Shown: positions 58,833-64,000 of the stretch, one piece after another
Layout: every line of letters starts with the position of its first letter
Numbering within the stretch: the first letter of the stretch is position 1
From: the human T2T-CHM13v2.0 reference genome, Homo sapiens
NCBI RefSeq assembly: GCF_009914755.1
Contig: NC_060942.1
Strand: one strand, 5' to 3'
Length of the DNA stretch: 64,000 bases
The notes under the pieces: generated by a model
Database searches by the model: none
Told to the model about the DNA's origin: nothing
The model's input: only the letters and a program-made list of their open reading frames with translations
Translations under genes and position numbers: made by a program

Positions 58833-59098
58833 TTGACTACTGGACACCTTTTTTTTATTATTAACTAAAGGTTTGGTGGTAGAACTTTATATTGCAGGCA
58901 CTGGGCAGACATTAGCTGCATCTTAAAGCAAAAACACTTTGTATGCCCTGTATGCTTTGGTTTGTGTAATATTGCACACCCAAAAATGGCATCTACATCT
59001 ATCTGAATCAAGTAGTTTTGACTTTGAACAGGTAAAGTGTGGTTGTCAGCAGGGCCTGGATAGCAGATATGCTTTCAGTGATTCACCAAAGGTTGGAG

Positions 59099-59189
59099 AA
59101 CCAAGAAAGATGAGAAGTACCAAAGAATAATTAACCAAGAAAGATGAGAAGTATCAAAGAAAACCAAGAAAGATGAGAAGTATCAATGA
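59099..59189. repeat. Triplicated ~29-bp unit
   Basis: aaccaagaaagatgagaagta(c/t)caa(a/t)ga at 59099, 59133 and 59162. Confidence 0.93.
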
Positions 59190-59252
59190 AAAAAAAATGA
59201 CTGGATTCAACACCAGTTTCTCATAGTCTTCTTGAAAAGGACTTTCAGAAGT

Positions 59253-59825
59253 TTTTACATTTGCTGAGGAGAGCTTTACTTCCAACTATGTGGTCAATTT
59301 TGGAATAAGTGCGATGTGGTGCTGAGAAGAATGTATATTCTGTTGATTTGGGGTGGAGAGTTCTGTAGATGTCTATTAGGTCTGCTTGGTGCAGAGCTGA
59401 GTTCAATTCCTGGATATTTTTATTAACTTTCTGTCTCGTTGATCTGTCTAATGTTGACAGTGGGGTGTTAAAGTCTCCTATTATTATTGTGTGGGAGTCT
59501 AAGTCTCTTTGTAGGTCTCTAAGGACTTGCTTTATAAATCTGGGTGCTCCTGTATTGGGTGCATATATATTTAGGATAGTTAGCTCTTCTTGTGGAATTT
59601 ACCATTATGTAATGGCCTTCTTTGTCTCTTTTGATCTTTGTTGGTTTAAAGTCTGTTTTATCAGAGACTAGGATTACAACCCCTGCCTTTTTTTGTTTTC
59701 CATTTGCTTGGTAGATCTTTCTCCATCCCTTTATTTTGAGCCTTTGTGTGTCTCTGAACGTGAGATGGGTCTCCTGAATACAGCACACTGATGGGTCTTG
59801 ACTCTTTATCCAATTTACCAGTCTG
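59253..59825 (-). mobile_element. Internal L1PA ORF2 endonuclease-domain fragment with TSD and no 3' end
   Basis: ORF 59519-59788 CCIQETHL...KIKGWRKIYQANGKQKKAGV is L1 EN; flanked by agaagttttt at 59247-59256 and 59826-59835. Confidence 0.92.
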
Positions 59826-59838
59826 AGAAGTTTTTTAA

Positions 59839-59904
59839 GTATATATATAATATATACTTACATATATATATATAATATATTATATGTTATATATTATATA
59901 TATT
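59839..59904. repeat. (TA)n-rich tract
   Basis: Direct reading. Confidence 0.92.
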
Positions 59905-60015
59905 TTAATGAAAGAAGGGGTATTTTCTTATTTTATAAAAAAGTGAAAGTAGAAATTTTCCCTGCCAATTTGCTGGACAGAATGCACTTACCCAGTCAAA
60001 AATCTAGTTGAATAA
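59905..60015 (+). repeat. Dispersed direct repeat, copy 1 (about 111 bp)
   Basis: 7 mismatches against 60985-61095; offset exactly 1080. Confidence 0.95.
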
Positions 60016-60449
60016 TAATTATAACTGTCTAGTCTTTACGAAACAAAAATAAGTCCACTACCAAAAGATATTTTACAAATAAATGGGTGAGTCCACTGCC
60101 ACTGTTTTTTTTTTCTGGTTTGAGAATTCCTTAAATGAAGGACGTGAACAGCCATTAAGAGCCAAAGCCACCTCTTATGAAGTCCAGACATACAGAACCT
60201 GTAGTTCACGAAATTATTTCCCTTCCTCCTCATTGTACGTTCATTCCTTTTGTTCTCATGAGATCACTCCACCATTTCAGATTTTAAGCACTGGACATTA
60301 CCCACTTGTATCTTTTTGCCCTCTTTTTACTGAGGCCATAATATTTTCATTCCCAGTGAAATATTGCCATTACCTTGAAACATTTAGATATTCCTTTTTA
60401 AAGGATATCTCCTACATTTTCATGAAAATTTAAAAATGCCGAAGAGCCC

Positions 60450-60815
60450 TGTTATGGACTGAGTGTATTCCCCACCGCCATTTGTTGAAGCCCTAATCCC
60501 CAATGTGATGATATTAGGAGATGGGGTCTTTGGGAGGTGATTTTATTTAGATGAGGTCACGAGGGTGGGGCCTCCATGGTAGGATTAGTGTTCTTATAAA
60601 TATAGGAAAAAACACCAAAGTTTATTCTCTCCACCACGTGAGGACACAGAGAGAAGACATCTTTCTGCAAGCCAGAAAGAAGGCCCTCACTAAGAACTGA
60701 ATCTGCTCCGACTTTGACCTTGGACTTCCTGGCTTCCAGAACTGTGAGAAATAAACGTCTGTTGTTTAAGCCACACAGTCTATGGTGTTCTGCTACGGCA
60801 GCCTGAGCTAAGATA
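60450..60815 (+). mobile_element. MLT1A-like MaLR solo LTR
   Basis: tgttatggactgag...'ttccagaactgtgagaaataaa','gcagcctgagctaagata'; TSD-like (a/t)gccc. Confidence 0.9.
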
Positions 60816-60984
60816 TGCCCTCTTGCCTATCTGAACAGAGCTCTGGTCCCTTCTCCCGGTTTTACTGTCAGTGTTCTGAGGAAGAGGAGCATTTATCAAC
60901 AAACATTTGCAGAGCTCTCAGTGTCATTTTTAGTCTACACAGTAAGACTTTCTATTTTTATGATTCTGCATGCGATAATATCTG

Positions 60985-61095
60985 TTAATAAAAGAAGGGG
61001 TATTTTCTTATTTTATAAAAAAGTGAAAGTAGAAATTTTCCCTGCCAATTTGCAGGTCAGAGTGTACTTACCCAGTCAAAAATCTAATTGAACAA
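60985..61095 (+). repeat. Dispersed direct repeat, copy 2
   Basis: Matches 59905-60015. Confidence 0.95.
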
Positions 61096-61181
61096 GTTAG
61101 GTAATGGTTTTCTAAATAACTTGGGTAATATTTTTCTTTCAGTTAATATTCACTGCCAATAGCATTAAGTTGTTTATGGAA

Positions 61182-61499
<318 letters not shown>

Positions 61500-62511
61500 T
61501 TAGAAATGAAATTTCAGTGGTGGATAAATTTTTGTCAAAGTAAACATTGTTTTCTCAGAAAACAGCTTTATGGAAAAACATCAATTTCAATGTCTGTTCT
61601 TTTGGGAACAAACAGATAGTCATTTTGAAAAATGACAATTTTTGATACTCTAAAAGAAATAAGAAGGAATATCGGTGAAGTATCCTCTTAAAAAATATCA
61701 CATTTAGATGTGCTAACCCAACATCCTTTGCACCTCCAGAAAAAAAAATGATTACTGAAACAAAACAGTTCTTTTCATTGTATGGAAACTGCTTCAAATT
61801 TATTTTAAATCATAAACTACATATGTTCAAGCTGAATTCATGTATAGTATTGCTCACTAATAACATAACTCCAGTATTAATTCAAAATTAGTTCTGACAA
61901 TTTTTCTCCTTTTTAAGCCATTTTAATTGTGTTCTCATTATCCCCCAAAAAATTATTTTTAGTGTGGCTTGTCATGTCCTCTATAATACAGAATAAGTCA
62001 TGTCTAATGTCATGCCAACAGATTTTTCTCTTCAAATTAAATAAAAAGAAGATACTAGGCATTATCTCACTGAAAAATACAAACATGAAATGATTCGTAT
62101 TATGCAAATATAAGTATTAATCTGACAACTGCAGGAAAGGAACTTTAGTAATTGTTTTATTTAAATGACTAATATGGGAAACTCAGATTATAATCTATAA
62201 AATATGGAGTTATTTTTATTTCAGTATCCAATAGAAAACTTATGTACTTAAACTTAAGTTATGAGATAATGAATTCTAAATGTTGTAAGTTTAGAGTTTT
62301 AGTAGACTGTATTATTTTCCTTTTTTATTATTTCCTCCTTGATTTGAAAATTCAGGAAATTATCCCCCTTTTTATAATTTCTAAATGATTTGGTTTTTAT
62401 TCTTTGATAGAATTGTTACATTGGATTTTAAATGTCATTTATATCATTTGTTCTACTCGTTTAATTTCATATTTCTTTCTCTAAAGAAAAGCTTTTCCAA
62501 TTCATTCTCTT

Positions 62512-62535
62512 TAGATAGAGATAGATAGATAGATC
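62512..62535. repeat. (GATA)n short tetranucleotide repeat
   Basis: tagatagagatagatagatagat. Confidence 0.8.
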
Positions 62536-62619
62536 AATAAATAAAGACAGATAAAATGTAGATATGCATGCCTACATGACCTCCAGTACTTTCAGACAAT
62601 AACATTAACCTTTTTGGAC

Positions 62620-62810
62620 TGCTAATTTTGTCTCAGGCACTGGCACAAAAGTACATTACACGTATTACCTCATTAAATCATTGCAACAACTCTTAGAAGC
62701 TCTTTTTTAAAATACATTTTTCAATCTGCCAAATGGAAGGCTAGTAACTTGCCTGTAGTCCCACTGCTATTAAGTGGCAGTTTTAATGCAGGTCTCTTTG
62801 ACTATGCTAT
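62620..62810 (-). mobile_element. MIR
   Basis: 'tattacctcattaaatcattgcaacaactct','agtaacttgcc','taagtggcag','caggtctctttgact'. Confidence 0.7.
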
Positions 62811-63019
62811 ATGTGTCTCATAGATATGGGTTCTATTCTATAAAATAACAATTTTCTGTAATTTAACAAAAATACTATAGTTCATCTTATACAGGAATTT
62901 AGAGTTATGCAATTGCAAATGCATGAAAGTGATAATTGAATATTTTAGAAGCTGACAACTTCGCAATTATCTATGCATTTGCTACATGGGTGTCTTCTGT
63001 ATATACATGTATGTGTTTT

Positions 63020-64000
63020 AGATATATAATTGTTTCCCATCTAAGAATTCCTTCTCAAGCCCAATGTAATACACTTATTATTCTATATTTGCTTCTAAAT
63101 TTTTTTTAATTTTCTTATTCATATATACAATATTTATGCATGGGAACTGATTCTTTGTATGGTGTGAGTTTGGAGTAAAACTTGTTCTTTGTTTTTTTCC
63201 ATATGAATAGCCAGTATTCTCAGTGGTCCCTCACTCCATTTAAAATCCCAGCTCTGTCATGTATAAGCACTCCACAAAGGAGTATGCCAGCAGATGAGCT
63301 CCCTAATAGTTTCCACTCGTTCCTTTATCTATCGTTGCATCAAAACAACATATTCTTAATTCCAATACTTTTATTATAAGTCTTCATACCATAGGCAAAA
63401 CTTCCTCATTCTTCTTTAGCATCTGCTATGATCATCTTGGATAAATTATATAAGACATAAAATTATTCACAAGGAATATTCCACTTTGATTTTATAAAGA
63501 CTTTTGAACGTTAGGCTCACTTCTGCTTTCTGGCTGTGATATTGTCTGGTTAACTCAGTCTCACTCATGTCTTCTCTTCCCTTAAGCAAGTTTCCTTCAT
63601 TTAGGCTTTTCTCCTCAGGCTATATCAATGTGCTTCCCTGTGTCTCAGTGCACCTTCATTCTTTAGCACCTGTTAAGATTTTAGCTTTGTAAAGTTGCAC
63701 AAGAGATCTTATAAGGGTTTTGGTTAAAATTGCATTTATAGATTGGTATGAGGGGAACGAATGTGAATCACCGTACGTTGTGCATGTATCTCTTCATTTC
63801 CTTAGATCTTTCAAAAAATTTATATTTTCTTCATAATAGTCTTAATAGTTTTTCTTATATTTATTTCCAAGCTTTATATTATCACTTTCATTGTCATTGT
63901 AAAACTTATAATTTTCTCTTACATTTTCTGTATCTTTGTTGCTGGTAGACAGGAAAGCAATTGCTTTCTGCATATTCATGTTACGGTTGACTAACTTCCT
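63020..64000 (-). mobile_element. L1ME-like fragments
   Basis: 'ctgattctttgtatggtgtgag','ttttttccatatgaatagccagt','ttgcatttatagatt','gcaattgctttctgcatatt'. Confidence 0.6.

Noticed and set aside
59099-59189. Three ~29-bp repeats of CRISPR-like length
   Set aside because: Spacers are only 0-5 nt, so this is a simple tandem duplication.
59992-60003. Possible 12-nt minus-strand microexon (AG|atttttgactgg|GTAAGT) in both duplicated copies
   Set aside because: The acceptor has a very weak polypyrimidine tract, so only the donor motif was kept as an observation.

Overview
This is primate (very likely human or great-ape) nuclear DNA. It is AT-rich and repeat-dense, with no recognisable protein-coding exon, RNA gene, CRISPR array or prokaryotic system. 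The recognisable content is interspersed repeats: Alu (Y/S/J/FRAM), L1 (L1PA to L1ME), L2, MIR, solo LTRs (THE1, MLT1, MER52, an ERVL-type LTR) and DNA-transposon relics (MER53, MER82, MER63, MER5A, MER58, Tigger4), plus microsatellites. The long ORFs I can assign are L1 ORF2 remnants, Alu or low-complexity read-through, or shadow ORFs in the GC-rich MER52 LTR. Most L1s and LTRs lie on the minus strand, which hints that the window is inside an intron of a large plus-strand gene (inference; host not identified). The most notable structures are: (i) a rearranged 59.1-61.1 kb patch with an internally primed, poly(A)-less L1 endonuclease fragment bounded by a TSD, a triplicated 29-mer, a (TA)n tract and a ~110-bp dispersed duplication carrying a consensus splice donor; (ii) a twin-primed inverted L1; (iii) a 51-bp VNTR apparently built from a MIR tail; (iv) several unverified candidate exons and a candidate structured RNA. 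I found no convincing new biological system. Subfamily names come from recalled consensus similarity, and boundaries of old repeats are approximate.
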